Position numbers and translations under genes: made by a program. Of a stretch of 64,000 nt of DNA, positions 17,574 to 33,022 are shown one piece after another. The notes beneath the pieces are model-generated. The model did not search any database, was not told the origin of the DNA, and saw only the letters and a program-made list of their open reading frames with translations. Each line of letters starts with the position of its first letter. The first letter of the stretch is position 1. Source of the stretch: the human T2T-CHM13v2.0 reference genome, Homo sapiens; the NCBI RefSeq assembly GCF_009914755.1, contig NC_060933.1; one strand, given 5' to 3'.

Positions 17574-19409
17574 ACTTTATTTCTGTTGACAGATGGGTCT
17601 TAGCTACCAAACTTGGAAGAAATGTAGGCAGTAAATCAGTTTTCCCATTTTATGACAGACTTTATCATGAAAGATGATTCTAAATGTAAACACAGTGGGT
17701 AAAATGCCACTTAGAGGGAATTTAATAAACATACTAATTTAGACCTCAGCAAGAGAGCACCTAAATATCAAGCATAATGATATACCAGAAATCAAATATT
17801 CAGGATATCTATTTTAATCTAAGAGGAAACAGAACTCTTTATCCTAATCTTGCTGTAAAGCCTTTGGCTTCCTAAAGTATGTGATCTTGTTAAATTAAAG
17901 GATTAAAGTGAATGCATCCTTTCTTTGGTATGTACTTACAACTAAATAAATAACATGCTTGTTATGACTGCAAACAAAATGAATTAAGTGAAACAAGACA
18001 GACAGAATGGACTTGCTGATGTCTTTGTTTTTGACAGCCTCTAATCCTGGAAACAGGAAGATGTTGAGATGAATAAACATTCTTTGTCTTTGTGAGCTCC
18101 CAAGTGGTTAAGTCTATGCCCAGAGTCATGCTAAGGAGTTCAGAAACTGTGACATCCAGAGACCTTGCATATGTATAAAGGAAATCTCTCCTTTCCATTG
18201 TCTTCTCTGTATCCTGCTTATCTGAAAATCCACTAATGCTTTAGCATTTGTTGCTCTCAAATAGAGTTAGGGGTGGGGGAGGGAGAAGAAAAATTCCTCG
18301 TGAGACTCTTCTGAAGAATTGTCCCCCTTGAATAGTGGTCCCAGTTTAGTCGCCGTCAGCTGTCACTGAACCTTTCAAACAAAAAAAAAGACCCATTGCT
18401 TCCCATGAAACCTCATTTTCAGCAACATTTAGCCCAGGGGCCACAGATGTGTGTCCCCTTTCTAAATGGAATGCTGTCCTGAGCCAAATATGTCAGCAGT
18501 TAAACGGCCCACAAACACACCACAAATATTTGTTTATTAGGAATCAAAATGTGAAGTGGGCTACAAAACCGAGGGCTAGATTATTAAGACCAGATTGAAA
18601 AGTGCTGTGGTGGTGCCTGGGTAAATATCACTAGTGGTACAATATTGAAAAGATTGGGAAGTCATCAACCAGCCCTTCAGAACTGAAACACATGATTTAA
18701 CCACAAGCTGTACTTTATGAAATCTTAAACTGTAACACAAAGAGTGACCTAATTTAATCCATGTGGGCTACATGTTTGATGTCAACAGACTTTCCTTTTA
18801 AACAGTTCAGAGAATGCAACGGGGTCTTTAGTATTTAATAAAACCTGGACTGTTTCCTGCTAAGTCACTTATCTTGAGGGATTAATTATTTTTACATTAT
18901 GATTGATATTCCATGGATTTTATGGGTTTTCCATACCTTTTTATGCATGTCCTTTTTGCAAGGGACAATTAACCATAAGTCTTAAAACATTAGTCTCCTG
19001 CAGGTGTAATGGATGTGTAAGTACGTCCTGAGGCAGACAGTACTGCTCTTGCTGACGGGCTTGTAAGAGACACAGAATGAAGACAATAGTTGCTGTCAGA
19101 AGTAATATACATGATGCTTGCTTCATACAGAGGCTACTTGTGGACTTAGCATGACAGATATGCACATATAGAAAAGTGCCTTCTAAACGACTCTTCTTAA
19201 AACAGTTTGATAATGCTTGTGGGCTGGAGCTTCCCCATAGTTTAAGTCCACAACATGTTTTTTACCAGAGTAACATTCTGGCAACATGATTATAAGTTTT
19301 TTCTTCTACTAGGTAGACATCTAGTCAGCTGTTGACCTTTTTTCTTTAACATTATGATCATTAGCCTTAAATATGCAAGATGAGCACATTTCACAAGTGT
19401 ATATGAGCC

Positions 19410-19720
<311 letters not shown>

Positions 19721-19962
19721 CCTATATGGGCCTTTTTAAAAGGCCCAGTGGGACTAAAATTTCTGGTATGTCTCAGTCCATCAAGAATAGTTGAAAGTGA
19801 TACAGTGTCTGCCTTCGAGTAGCCCTGAGGATCTCTAGGTTGATAAAAGCAGGGATAAAATAACTAGTTTTTTGTTCTTCTTTTTTTTTTTAAAAAAAAA
19901 GGTAAGCAGGGGAAAACTCAGGCCTGTGCACCATCCTTAGCCATACTCGATCTTGTAGAACT

Positions 19963-20126
19963 TCGCTACTCAACCTGATGGTCTGTAGACCCCAGCATCA
20001 ACATCACCAGAGGATTGGTTAGAAATGCAGACGGCTGCCCTTCCCAGACCCTACTGAATCAAAATCTGAATTTTAACAGTAATCCTAGGTGATTCATAGG
20101 CACAATTTAAGTTCAAGAGGCACTGC
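19963..20126. mobile_element. MER5A (hAT-Charlie MITE)
   Basis: cagcatcaacatcacc...gttagaaatgcaga...ctactgaatcaaaatctgaattttaaca...aggtgattcat. Confidence 0.8.
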
Positions 20127-20223
20127 TTTAGAGGGCTTTTGGGCATGGTTTTAGGAGGCCATAACTAGTTGGGCTGATCCTTTAAAAAGTACCAAAGAGA
20201 AGGAACATTTTCTTAGTTGGATA

Positions 20224-20674
20224 TTGTCTTTGTCTGTTTTGTGTTGCTCCAAAAGAATACCTGAGACTGGGTAATTTATAAAGAAAAGATGTTATTTAAC
20301 TCACATTTTTCCTAGCTGAGAAGTTCAAGGGCATGGCCTTGGCTTCTGGTGAGGAATTTCATGCTTCCTCACAGCATGGTGGAGAAGGTCAAAGGGGAAG
20401 CAGAGAGGTGAAAAGGAGGGTAAACCTGAGGGGCATCCTAGTTTTATAGCACCCATTTTTGAGGAACTCATTCATCCCCATGAGAACTAATCCAGTATTT
20501 TAGTAGTGAGAACACACTCACTGTACCATAAGAGCAGAACCAAGCCATTCCTGAGGGATGCACCCCCATAATCCAAACACCTCCCACTAACCTCACCTCC
20601 TAACACCTTCACACTGGGGATCAGATTTCAACATATTTGGTGGGGGACAAACCATCCATATACAAGCCATTGCA
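20224..20674 (-). mobile_element. MST-family ERVL-MaLR solo LTR
   Basis: gaatacctgagactgggtaatttataaagaaaag...ccaaacacctcccact...ggggatcagatttcaacat. Confidence 0.8.
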
Positions 20675-21534
20675 TCTGGATGTAACCCTGGAACATTAGA
20701 ACAGATGAATTAGTATCAGGTGGTTTTGAGGTATTAAAAAAACTATATTTCAAATTAAGTAGTATAGGATGGTGTCCAGTATTGAACATGAACAAGAAAA
20801 GCCACTTTTTTTTTTTTATTCCTCTGAAAATGCCCGAGGATGAGTACAGTAAGAAAGGAAGTAGGGTGGGCCCATTCTTGCTTCAGTTTTATTACAGCTT
20901 TAAAGTTGAACTCTGCTTTTCAATTTTGAATTTGAACATTCAAATATTTTGGACCAGCAGAGGCCTCATAATTTTAAGTTTTTCCTTTAACAGAAAATAA
21001 ATAGGAGGAGTTTTTTTTCCCAGGGCCAGACCTTTAACATCTTAGGCTAATAGTATATAAAAACACACATTCTACATACTGGAGGAAATTTAATGTTCAA
21101 ACCAAATTATAATATATTATTGTTTGTATTCACTCTGATGTTTATCATGTATAATAAAAGGAAATGCATCCTCATCAGATATCTTTCATTTTTAACTTAT
21201 CGAAAATAAATTCACAAAGTAAAACATTTAAGGAGTAAAAGAGGTATAAAATGAAAAAAACAAAAAGCCTTTTTTTTCCTACCACTTCAGGCTCCCCTTC
21301 CAATACTGAACAAATAATTATAGTTAACAATCTGTTTTCAATATCTTTCCAGAGAAGTTTTAAAATTTTGCACACCCTCATCTATCTTTCTCTGTCTCAA
21401 TCTTTTTCTGATTTTAATGTTTTTAAAATTTGCACAATGGAATTATATCATACAGATTTTATAGTACCTTGCTTTTTTCACATAATTTGTTTTGCAGAAC
21501 TTCTGTGTCACCATCTACATATATGTGTCATTAA

Positions 21535-23230
<1,696 letters not shown>

Positions 23231-23267
23231 ATTCATGAGATGAATCCCACTTTGTTGTGATGTATAA

Positions 23268-24380
23268 AATAGACTTGATTTTTTAGTGCAGTTTTAGGTT
23301 CACAGCAAAATTAAGTGGAAAGTACAGAGAGTTCCCATATACCATAGCCCCCCAACCAGTCTCCTCTGCTATCAATATCCAGCACCTGAGTGGTACATTT
23401 GTTATAATCAATGAACTTACATTGACATATCATTATCATCCAAAGAATTTTGTTCAAATTAGTGTTGTTCATTCTGTGGCCTTTGACAAAATGTTCAGTG
23501 ACATGTATCCACCACTACAGTATCATACAGAATAGTTTCACTGCCCTAAAAAAATCTTCTGTGCTCTGTCTATTCATCCCTCCCTCTATTCTAACCCCTG
23601 ACAACCACTTATCTTTTTATTGTCTCCATACTTTTCTCTTTTTGAGAATGTCGTATAGTTGGAATCATATAGTATCTAGCCTTTTCAGACTGGCTTCTTT
23701 CACTTAGTAATATGCATTTAAAACTTCACCAAGTCTTTTCATGGTGTTATTTCTTTTTAGTGCTGACTAATATTTCATTGTCTGGATGTACCATAGTTTG
23801 TTTATCCAAGCACCAATTGAAGGACAGATAGGTTGCTTCCAACCTGTGGCAATTATGAATAAAACTGTTAAAAACCTCTATGTGTAGGTTTTTGTGTGGA
23901 CTTAGTTATTAACTGATTTGAGTAAATACCAAGGAGTGCAATTGCTGAATTGTATGGTAAGAGTATGTTTAGTTTTGTAACAAATTGCCAAACTCTTTTC
24001 CAAAGTGGCTGTACCATTTTGCATTCCTACTAGCAATGAATGAGAGTTCTTATTGCTCTGCATTCTTGCTAGCATTTGGTGTTAGTGTTTTGAATTTTGA
24101 CCATTCCAAGGTATGCAGTGGTATCTCATTGGTGTTTTAATTTGCAATTCTCCAGTGACATAAGACATTTAGCATCCTTTTATATGCCCATTTGCCACCT
24201 GTGTATCTTTTTTGGTGAGATGTCTATTCATGTCTTTTGCTCATTTTTTATTCTGGTTGTCCATTTCCTTACTGTGGAGTATTATGAAGTTTTTTTTTGT
24301 ATATTTTGGATAACAGCCCTTTTATCAGATGTGTCTTTTGCAAATATTTTCTTCTGTGGCTTGCCTTCTCATTCATTTAA
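23268..24380 (-). mobile_element. L1MC/L1MD-like 3' fragment
   Basis: gcagttttaggttcacagcaaaattaagtggaaagtacagagagttcccatata; ccaaagtggctgtaccattttgcattcc. Confidence 0.8.
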
Positions 24381-24406
24381 TATTATCCTACTTATAAATT
24401 GCTGAG

Positions 24407-24712
24407 TTTTTCTTTTTCTTTTTTTGTTTTTGAGATGGAGTCTTGCTCTGTTGCCGAGGCTGGAGTGCAGTGGCGCGGTCTTGGCTCACTGCAAGCTCTG
24501 CCTCCTAGGTTCACGCCATTCTCCTGCCTCAGCCTCCTGAGTAGCTGGGACTACCGGCGCCTGCCACCACGCCTGGCTAATTTTTTGCATTTTTAGTGGA
24601 GACAGGGTTTCACCGTGTTAGCCAGGATGGTCTCAATCTCCTGACCTTGTGATCCGCCTGCCTCGGCCTCCCAAAGTGCTGGAATTACAGGCATGAGCCA
24701 CCGCACCCCGCC
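24407..24712 (-). mobile_element. AluY, full length
   Basis: gcaagctctgcc, ttcacgccattctcc, ccgtgttagccaggatgg; TSD aaatt(g/a)ctgagtttt. Confidence 0.95.
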
Positions 24713-25118
24713 AAATTACTGAGTTTTATTTGCTAATTATTTTTAGTATGTTTGCACTTTTGTTTATGAAGAATATTTGTCCATGGCTTTCTTCTCTTTT
24801 AATGTCTTCGGTTTGTTATTAGAGTAACGCTTGCTTTATTAATGAGTTGGGAAGTGTACTGTCCTTTCTAGTACTATTTCTTCCTTAAATGTTTGGAGAA
24901 TTCACTCATGAAACCATTTGGGCCTGGAGTTTTGTTTTTTAAATTTTATTTTGCATACAGTTTTTAACTGTTAATACAACTTATTTAATAGATGTAGAAC
25001 TATTCAGTTATCCATTTAATTTTGAATGTATTTGATTGATGGTCTTTATTTATTTTTAATTGTATTGATTTCTGCTCTTATCTGTATAATTAACTTTCTT
25101 CTGCAGGTTTTGGATTTA

Positions 25119-25472
<354 letters not shown>

Positions 25473-26742
25473 CTAAGTACTGTTTTAGCTACATCCCACA
25501 AATTTTGACATATTATACTCTCATTTTGATTCATTTCAAAATATTTTTTAAAGTTGCTTCGATAGTTCCTTTTTGATCCAAATTTAGTAATATATATTTT
25601 TGATCTGTAAGTATATCATTTATTTTCCAAATGCTTGGAGTTTTCCAAGTGTCTTTTTGTTATTGACTTCTAGTTTAATTCAATTATGGTATGACATACT
25701 TTATTTGATTTCTATTTGTTTTCAGGTTGGTCAGGTTTACTTTATGGTTCAAAATATGGTTTATCTCTGTCAATTTCCATGTGCACTTGAAAAAAAAGTG
25801 TGTTGTGCTTTTGCTTGATGTCATGTTCTATAGATATCAATTAGGTTAACTTGGTCATCTATATCCTTCCTGATTTTCTCCCACCTTATTCTATCAGTTA
25901 CTGACAGGAATGTTGAAATCTCCAATTGTAATGACGTATTTGTTCATTTCATCTTTTAGTTCTATTGTGTTTTGTTTCATGTATTTTGAAGCTCTGTTTT
26001 TATGTGTTTACAATTTAGGATTATGTCTTGTTGGATAATTGATCTCTTTGTTATTATATAATGCTTTTCTTTATTCCTGATTATATTTCCTGTTCTGATG
26101 TCTACTTTGTCTGGTATTGTAGCTATTCCAGCTTTCTTTTAGCTAATGTTTGTCTTATATATCTTTTTTATCCTTTTACTTTTACTTTATCTATATCTTT
26201 ATGTTTAAAGTGGATTACTTATAGACAGCATACAGATGGGTGTAGCTTTGAAATCTAATATGACAATCTCTTTTAGTTGTTGTGTTTAGACTGTTCACAT
26301 TTAATGTGATTATTGATATGGTTGGATTAAAATCTGCTATCTTCAAAGCGCTTTCTATTTGTTCCATCTGTTATTTGTTTCTTATTTTCTTTTTCCTCCT
26401 TCTCTTATGTTAAGTACACACTTTTTAGGATTCTATTTTATGTTCTGTATTGAATTTTTTTTAGCAATTAGGATTTACAATATATAATTCTAATTATTAG
26501 AATCTACCTTGGAATATTTTTAATGCCATTTCATGTATACTGTAAAGACCTTACAACAGCATAGACCCAACCTGTGCTTCCCATTTTTTGTGGTACTGTT
26601 ATGGTACATTTTATTTCTACAAATGCTTTAAACAAACAATTCATTGCTACCAAGTTTTTGCTTTTCACATTTATCTTTCAGAACAATTAAAACAGAAAAA
26701 ATGAATTTTACTTGCATTTATTTCAAGTATTCTTTATTTCTT

Positions 26743-26853
26743 TGTATATTATATGTACATTATGTATATATATACACATATATGTATATGTGTATACTTA
26801 TATACGTGTATATATAAATACATACATATATATACACACACATACACACACAC
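26743..26853. repeat. (TA)n/(CA)n low-complexity tract
   Basis: tatatatatacacatatatgtatatgtgtatac... Confidence 0.85.
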
Positions 26854-26881
26854 ATTTCTGTGTTGTATTATTCCTCCTTCT

Positions 26882-27030
26882 TTCTTTTTTTTTTTTAGGG
26901 GCAAGGTCTTGCTCTGTTGCCCAGGCTTCAGTGCAGTGGCACCATCATACCTCACAGCAGCCTTGAAGTCCTGGGCTTAACCTGTCTTTCCACCTCAGCC
27001 TCCTGAGTAGCTGGGATCACAGACATACAC
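26882..27030 (-). mobile_element. AluJ/FRAM right-arm monomer
   Basis: aaggtcttgctctgttgcccaggc...gcagccttgaagtcctgggctt. Confidence 0.85.
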
Positions 27031-27775
27031 ATTTTGTTTTTTCTTTAAATTTTTTTTAAGGGTAGGTCAGCTGGCAATAAATTTCTATAGTTTTTGTGTG
27101 CCTGTGAACATTTTTAGATTTTTATTTCTTTATTTTTGAAATTCATTTTTGCTGGGGATTGTATTTTGTTTTGATATTTTCATCTCTCAGTATTTTAGAG
27201 GTATTACTCTATTATCTTTGAGTTTGAATAATTTTTGAAGAAATGTCTATCTTTTAAAATCATTTTTCCTTCTAAAGTAATGTGTCTATTTTCTCTGGAG
27301 GCCTTGAAAGGTTTTTCTTGGTGTTTTGCTTTTAGGAATTTAAATATGATTTGCCTATGGTGTGTCTTTTGTTTTCTTTCCTGCATTTTTTTGTATCTGT
27401 GGTTTGGCATCTATCATTAATCTTGAAAAATTCTTGGTGGTTATTTTTTCAATTATTTCCTCTGTCCCATTCACTCTCTTCTCCTTCTGAGATTCCAGTC
27501 ATTTGACATTGTCACATAGCTCTAGAATATTCTATACTTTATTTTTTCTTTCTGTTTTTATTTGGATAAATTTTTGACCCATTTTCTAGTTCACTGGTTC
27601 TTTCCTTGCCTGTGCCTACTCTACTTATGAGCCTGTTGAAGGCATTCTTCTTCTCTGTTACTATGCTTTTGAGTTCCATTTGATTCTTTCTATACTTTTG
27701 ATCTAGGTGCTAAAATTACCCATCTGATATTACATGTTGTCCACATATTCCATTAGAGCCTTTAACATATTAATC

Positions 27776-28085
27776 AGCTGGGCGTGGTGGCTCATGCCTG
27801 TAATCCCAGCACTTTGAGAGGCTGAGGCAGGCGGCTTACCTGAGGTCAGGAATTCAAGACCAGCCTGTCCAACATGATGAAAGTCTGTCTCTACTAAAAT
27901 TACAAAAATTAGTCGGGTGTGGTGGTGTGTGCAAATCCCAGCAACTTGGGAGGCTGAGGCAGGAGAATCACTTGAACCTGGGAGGTGGAGTTTGCTCAAT
28001 CTCAGTGAGCTGAGATGGCTCCACTGCACTCCAGCCTGGGTGACAGAGCGACACTCCGTCTCAAAAAACAAAAACAAACACAAAC
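27776..28085 (+). mobile_element. AluSx-like, with an 8-nt fold-back insertion
   Basis: Dimer with cctgaggtcagg; TSD catattaatca. Confidence 0.93.
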
Positions 28086-29959
28086 CATATTAATCATAGT
28101 TATTTTAAATTGCATGTCAGACATTTAACATCTTTGTTTAATCTCACTCCAGTTGTGATGGTAACTTGTCTTTTGGGCATGTATTTCTTCTTGCTTTTCA
28201 TACACTTTGTATTTTTGTTGTTGTTGTTGAAAACTTAACATCTAGTGTAGAATGTTAGAGACTGAGGTAATTAATTTTTATACTTGGAAATGGCGATACA
28301 ATTTCCTTCAACTAAGCCTTTAGTACCAGGATTTGAGATAATCTAATTGGGAGTTGGACTGGAATTGAGGTTTGCTGTTGCAATGATTACTCTGAGTGTA
28401 ACATGAGCTTTATATTTGTTTAGGGATACCTTGTGTATAGGATAGGAGTTGGTTTGAGAGAGGAAGTTTATTCTCAATGATTGCTCTATCCTCAGCCTCA
28501 AGTCTTCCCTTTGTTCTGTGCCTCAGAGAGGTCTGTCTCTTGCATGCTGCTTGTGACTCAGTGCTGTTTAGCCAGGTAGTGGGGACTGAGGGGGCAGGGG
28601 GTTCTCTGTTGTTTTGTTCAGATCTCAGTCTTAGGCAGTCACTGTGTCCCTGTATCTTGGGAGTGTGGCCTTATCAGTTATCCTACCCTACCCCCAGTGA
28701 TATTCTGAACTCTGCACGTATTCCTGCTCTTCCCTTAGGGGTCCAGGTTTATTTCTTGTTCTCTTCTCCCCAGCCGCAGTGGGCTTTAACAAATGTCCTA
28801 AGTGTGATGGCATTTTTGCTCTTCTCCCCACAGATTAAAGCTTTCCTCCCCCCACTCCCCATAGGTAAGATGGGAGAGAAGGGTCTGGGTAAATTTCTTA
28901 CCCTTCCTCCAGTGATTGCTGTTCTCCTTCCTCAGTTCTGCACCAGAAGGAAGACTTTTTCAGGACTCCCGATTGCTTCTGTGAATGTTCAGTTGGACTT
29001 GTAAGGGAAAAAAGTCCCCTGTATTTGCTGCCACTTCGAGCTTCACCCTCCCATCAGTTTACTATTGGCCTCTAGGAATTTGCCTCTCTCTCTACCTGAA
29101 CTCTTGTTACTGGTGTTTGACTGTATCTTACCCAGGTACGTTACTGTTCATTTCTTGTGTCTCCCTGTGTGTACCTCTTTCTCCCTGGATTCTGGGCCGG
29201 TTGGTTCCACTGTGACATTAGTATGCTAATAGATTCAAGAAAAATCATGAATTTGCTGTTTCTCTATTTTTTTCATTGAAATGTTGACAGTGATGCTCTT
29301 CTTACCTTTTTACATCTCTGGGCTGAGATTAAAAGTCTGCTATTGTTTTAAAAATTATAGTAGTGGATATGTATTTTCAGGAAGAAATAAAATAGGACAA
29401 ACTATGCATATTCCAGAGGCAACTTCCCACTGTCAGTAAGAACAAAAAAAGAGATTGAGGAAAGCAAATAATGAGTAAAATACGGTCACATTCACATAGG
29501 ATTACAGAGGGTTGGGTATGATGTTCTGAAATACCAAAGAAAAATATATGCGGCACCAATTCTTCCTTTGAGAGCTATTTACAAAACTTCTTAGAAATCA
29601 GTGTTTTGCAACCATATAGGGAGACGCCAAAAAGGAGGTATCACTGGCTTAGTCAGTATAATTTATGGATTCCAAACTTTTCTGCTTTATTACCTCTAAA
29701 TTGTCATTAAAATCTAAATAATAAATGCTATTTATTTTTATTCATTAAATGACTAATTTGTTCTTCAGAATCAAACATGGACACTTTAATAAAATATTAC
29801 TATAATTAAACATAATATTAATGTAGAGGGAGCCCAGGATTTGGAGGCAATAGAAGGGAGAAAGGAAGATTCATTTGGAAATAACTGTTTTTAAAAACAA
29901 AAATACCTCTAGAACACTGAACAAATATGAGCCATTCTTAGCTAAGAACTGATGGATTA

Positions 29960-30189
29960 ACCTAGTCAAAACAGTGAGACCTTGTCTCTACAAAAAAAAA
30001 AGAAAAAAAAAATTAACCTGGCACAGTGGTGTGCACCTGTAGACCCAGCTACTTGAGATGCTGAAGCAGGAGGATCACTTGAGCCCAGGAGCTCAAGGCT
30101 GCAGGGACCTGTGATTGTGCCTCTGTGCTTCAGCTTGGGCGACAGAGCGAGACTCTGTCTCTAAAACAAACAAACAACAACAACAACAA
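29960..30189 (+). mobile_element. AluJ, 5'-truncated
   Basis: ggaggatcacttgagcccaggagctcaaggctgcag; (AAC)n tail; TSD aactg(a/g)tggatt. Confidence 0.9.
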
Positions 30190-31414
30190 ACTGGTGGATT
30201 GTTGGGACTGTTGGCTAGCGGAGAAAGAACTGGCCTAAGAGCCTGGAAACTGGAGCTTGCTTCTCTGTGTAACTTTTAGCAGATTAATTCATATTTCAAA
30301 ATCTCACGTATTCTAAATATCAAAAGATCTGTAACATTCCTCTTGCAGTAATGATTGTTGGAGTATGGATACTGTCTCCTGATATCTAATGTCTTCCGAA
30401 AGCCTGCATGGATACCCATAATAAACTACTGTCTACAATTTGTTATATGGCTTCACAGCCTACACCCGATCCGTGCACTTTTCCTCATGTTTCACCTGGT
30501 TGTATACTAGGTATTTGCAGTTCTCAGATGTTCATGTTGTTGATTGCTACAGGTTGTCCTGAAGTTAGACTCTAACCTCACCTGGAACCCAGCTGAAAGC
30601 TGAAATTTTTACAGTTGTGCAGAGTTTTCCTCTAGTGATTGAAAGTATGGTGGAATTGCTTCATTGCCTCATATTTTGGGGATAAAGACTCTTGGAGCGC
30701 ACAGGCTCATATGATATAATAGTTTCTAGATACTCAAATCTAACTTGTGGAATATTACAAAGAAATCTTATTTAAGTACCTTCAGAAGGAAAAGGAAGTC
30801 TCTTCCATGCCCTGAAACAAAATAAAATGATCTTGACTATAGAAACACAAGGACTGTGTTGTATTATCTGCAGACACAGGGGAAAATATTGGAGGCTACA
30901 TAAATTAAGTAGGTGTGAGCTGTTTGCCAAACTTGAGGGAAGTGAGTGCTCTCTGCAGAAGGAAGCATCATGGTAGAGAGGGAAGGAAGTCAGCTTTTCT
31001 GTAAGTACTCACAGCAGAGTCAGGAGCACCTGTCAGGGCAGCAGAACTGTAGCATCCTGACAGGTGTTAAAGGAAAGTTGGAGTCTTTGATTCATGGGAC
31101 CCAGTACTCAAGTTTCAAAGCTTTTGTCCAGTTTATATAGAAATATGGGCTCTGTTGAAAGAAAAGCTGGAAAAGTGACAACATTCTAGCCAGACTTGCA
31201 AAAGTTGTTATTTCATGTGTCTGTTTCATGTGTCTGTTGAGCAAGTTTTGGAGGTGCCATTGTGCTTAGTGTGAAGAAGTTATTACTGATTAGTAATGCT
31301 TACTGTGAGCCTAGAATGGAGACTCTGATCCCTGGCCTTTTGAAGATCTCCAAGAGGGTTGCATTTCATTATTGAAGCAAACTTGGGACATTGTTTATAA
31401 ACCAACTAGGAATA

Positions 31415-31962
31415 CAGTCTTCCCCCCCCTTATTCATGGTTTTGCTTCCTCTGGTTTCAGTTACCAGCAGTCCACTGTAGTCTGAAAATATTAAATGGAA
31501 AATTTCAGAAATAAATAATTCCTAAGTTTTAAATTGCATGCTGTTCTGAGTAGTGTGATGAAATCTCCTTCCATCCTGCTCCATCCCGCCTAGGATGTGA
31601 ATCACCCCTCTGTCCGGTGTGTCTGTGCTGAAGACCCTCCCTGCCTATTATGCGCTTAGTAGCCATCTCTGTTATCAAAGTGGCTGTCATGGTATCACAG
31701 TGCTTGTGTTTAAGTCACCTTTATTTTTCTCCATAATGGCTTCAAAGTGCAAGAGTAGTGGTGCTGGCATGTTGTTATAATTGTTCTACTTTATTATTAG
31801 TTATTGTTGTTAATCTTGGACAGTGCCTTATTTATATTAAACTTTATCATAGGTATGTATGTATAGGAAATAACATATTATAAAAAGGATTCAGTACTAT
31901 CTGCCATTTCAGGCATCCACTAGGTATCTTGGAACATATCCTCCTTGGATAAGGGGCAACTG
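31415..31962. mobile_element. MER44B-like (Tigger7-derived) DNA transposon
   Basis: Termini cagtcttcccccccttat / ataaggggcaactg (TIR-like); internal aaatggaaaatttcagaaataa and tgttctgagtagtgtgatgaaatctc. Confidence 0.85.
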
Positions 31963-32831
31963 CCATAATAAGTATATTTTAATAAATCGTAAATGCTTAG
32001 AGATTTTACCTGTCCCCCTGAAACTTTTCAGAGCTCACGTTTGTTTTTATCTTCGTACTGTCTAATTGAAAATTTTAAATAACCCCTTTTTCCACCACAA
32101 CACAATTTAAAAATCTACTTTCCCTTTTCATTCTTCTGTAGACTTGAATGTAGAAAGTCTTATAAAATATGCATTTGTACAGGCTGCCCTATTTTTTTAG
32201 TTGCTGTACTAATTTGACTATAAGCTCTTTAAGCTTTGCCCCCACAGAGAAAAGGTGTTAACCAGATTCAGCAGAAAATAGCAGAGAGGACCGTAGAATG
32301 CTTGCCTTGCTGTCTTGATGTCCATTTGAGCCAGAAAATAGTGCTAGGGCCACACCTGTTGTTTTGAAGATGAGAGGGAGATTTTTGTTTTAATTATTCA
32401 GGCCACTTCCTTGGGTAGTGGTGGCTTTCGGTGGTTAGGGACCTGAGGTTTTGAGACGATGTTGACATCTCAGAAATATTTTTACTGCCAAGAAATCCAA
32501 CTGTACAGTGGCTTACAGAAATATCCTCAGACATCTCAATCCACCTTTTTTCGTAGGAGGTTCTATAGTGTTCATTCATTCTACCCCCTGCTTGCCACTG
32601 TGAGCTTCACCCATTTAACTCTTCATCTCCCTCATCATCCCTAATGGTCTATTTGCTTACTTTTGTTTCTATGGCCATTAGGTTCCCTCTTAATGGATGT
32701 TTACGATCACCTAATTGCATATAGGCTGTTGGCCTGTCAGGAGATTTTTTGAGTATGTGTTATTTTTATTCAGTTGCCTGTCAATTTCTTTCCTTGCTTG
32801 TCAATTTCTATCCTTCAGCTTTTATTTTTTC

Positions 32832-33022
32832 TGTGATTCTTAAACTTCAGTGTACAAAAAAATTCATTAGGAATACTTATTGAAATGCAGGTTTTTAGAC
32901 CTTTTTTCTCAGGTATTCTAATTACTAGACAGGAGGCCCAAGAATCTGTACTTTTAACAAAGCACACAAGTAATTCTGATACAATAGACCAGAGCTCCAG
33001 CATTAGACTTTGAGAAATACTG
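32832..33022. mobile_element. MER5-family MITE
   Basis: gaggcccaagaatctgtacttttaacaa...actttgagaaatactg. Confidence 0.7.

Noticed and set aside
19005-19023. 13-nt microexon ctcctgcag|GTGTAATGGATGT|gtaagt
   Set aside because: Not frame-preserving, short pyrimidine tract, and no supporting gene context.
28477-29004. 175-aa ORF on the plus strand
   Set aside because: Antisense to an old L1M 5' region; L/P/S-rich with no recognisable domain.
31211-31238. Short tandem duplications (13 bp here; also ~1292, ~12613, ~17463, ~60899)
   Set aside because: Ordinary slippage-size duplications, not CRISPR-like or otherwise organised.
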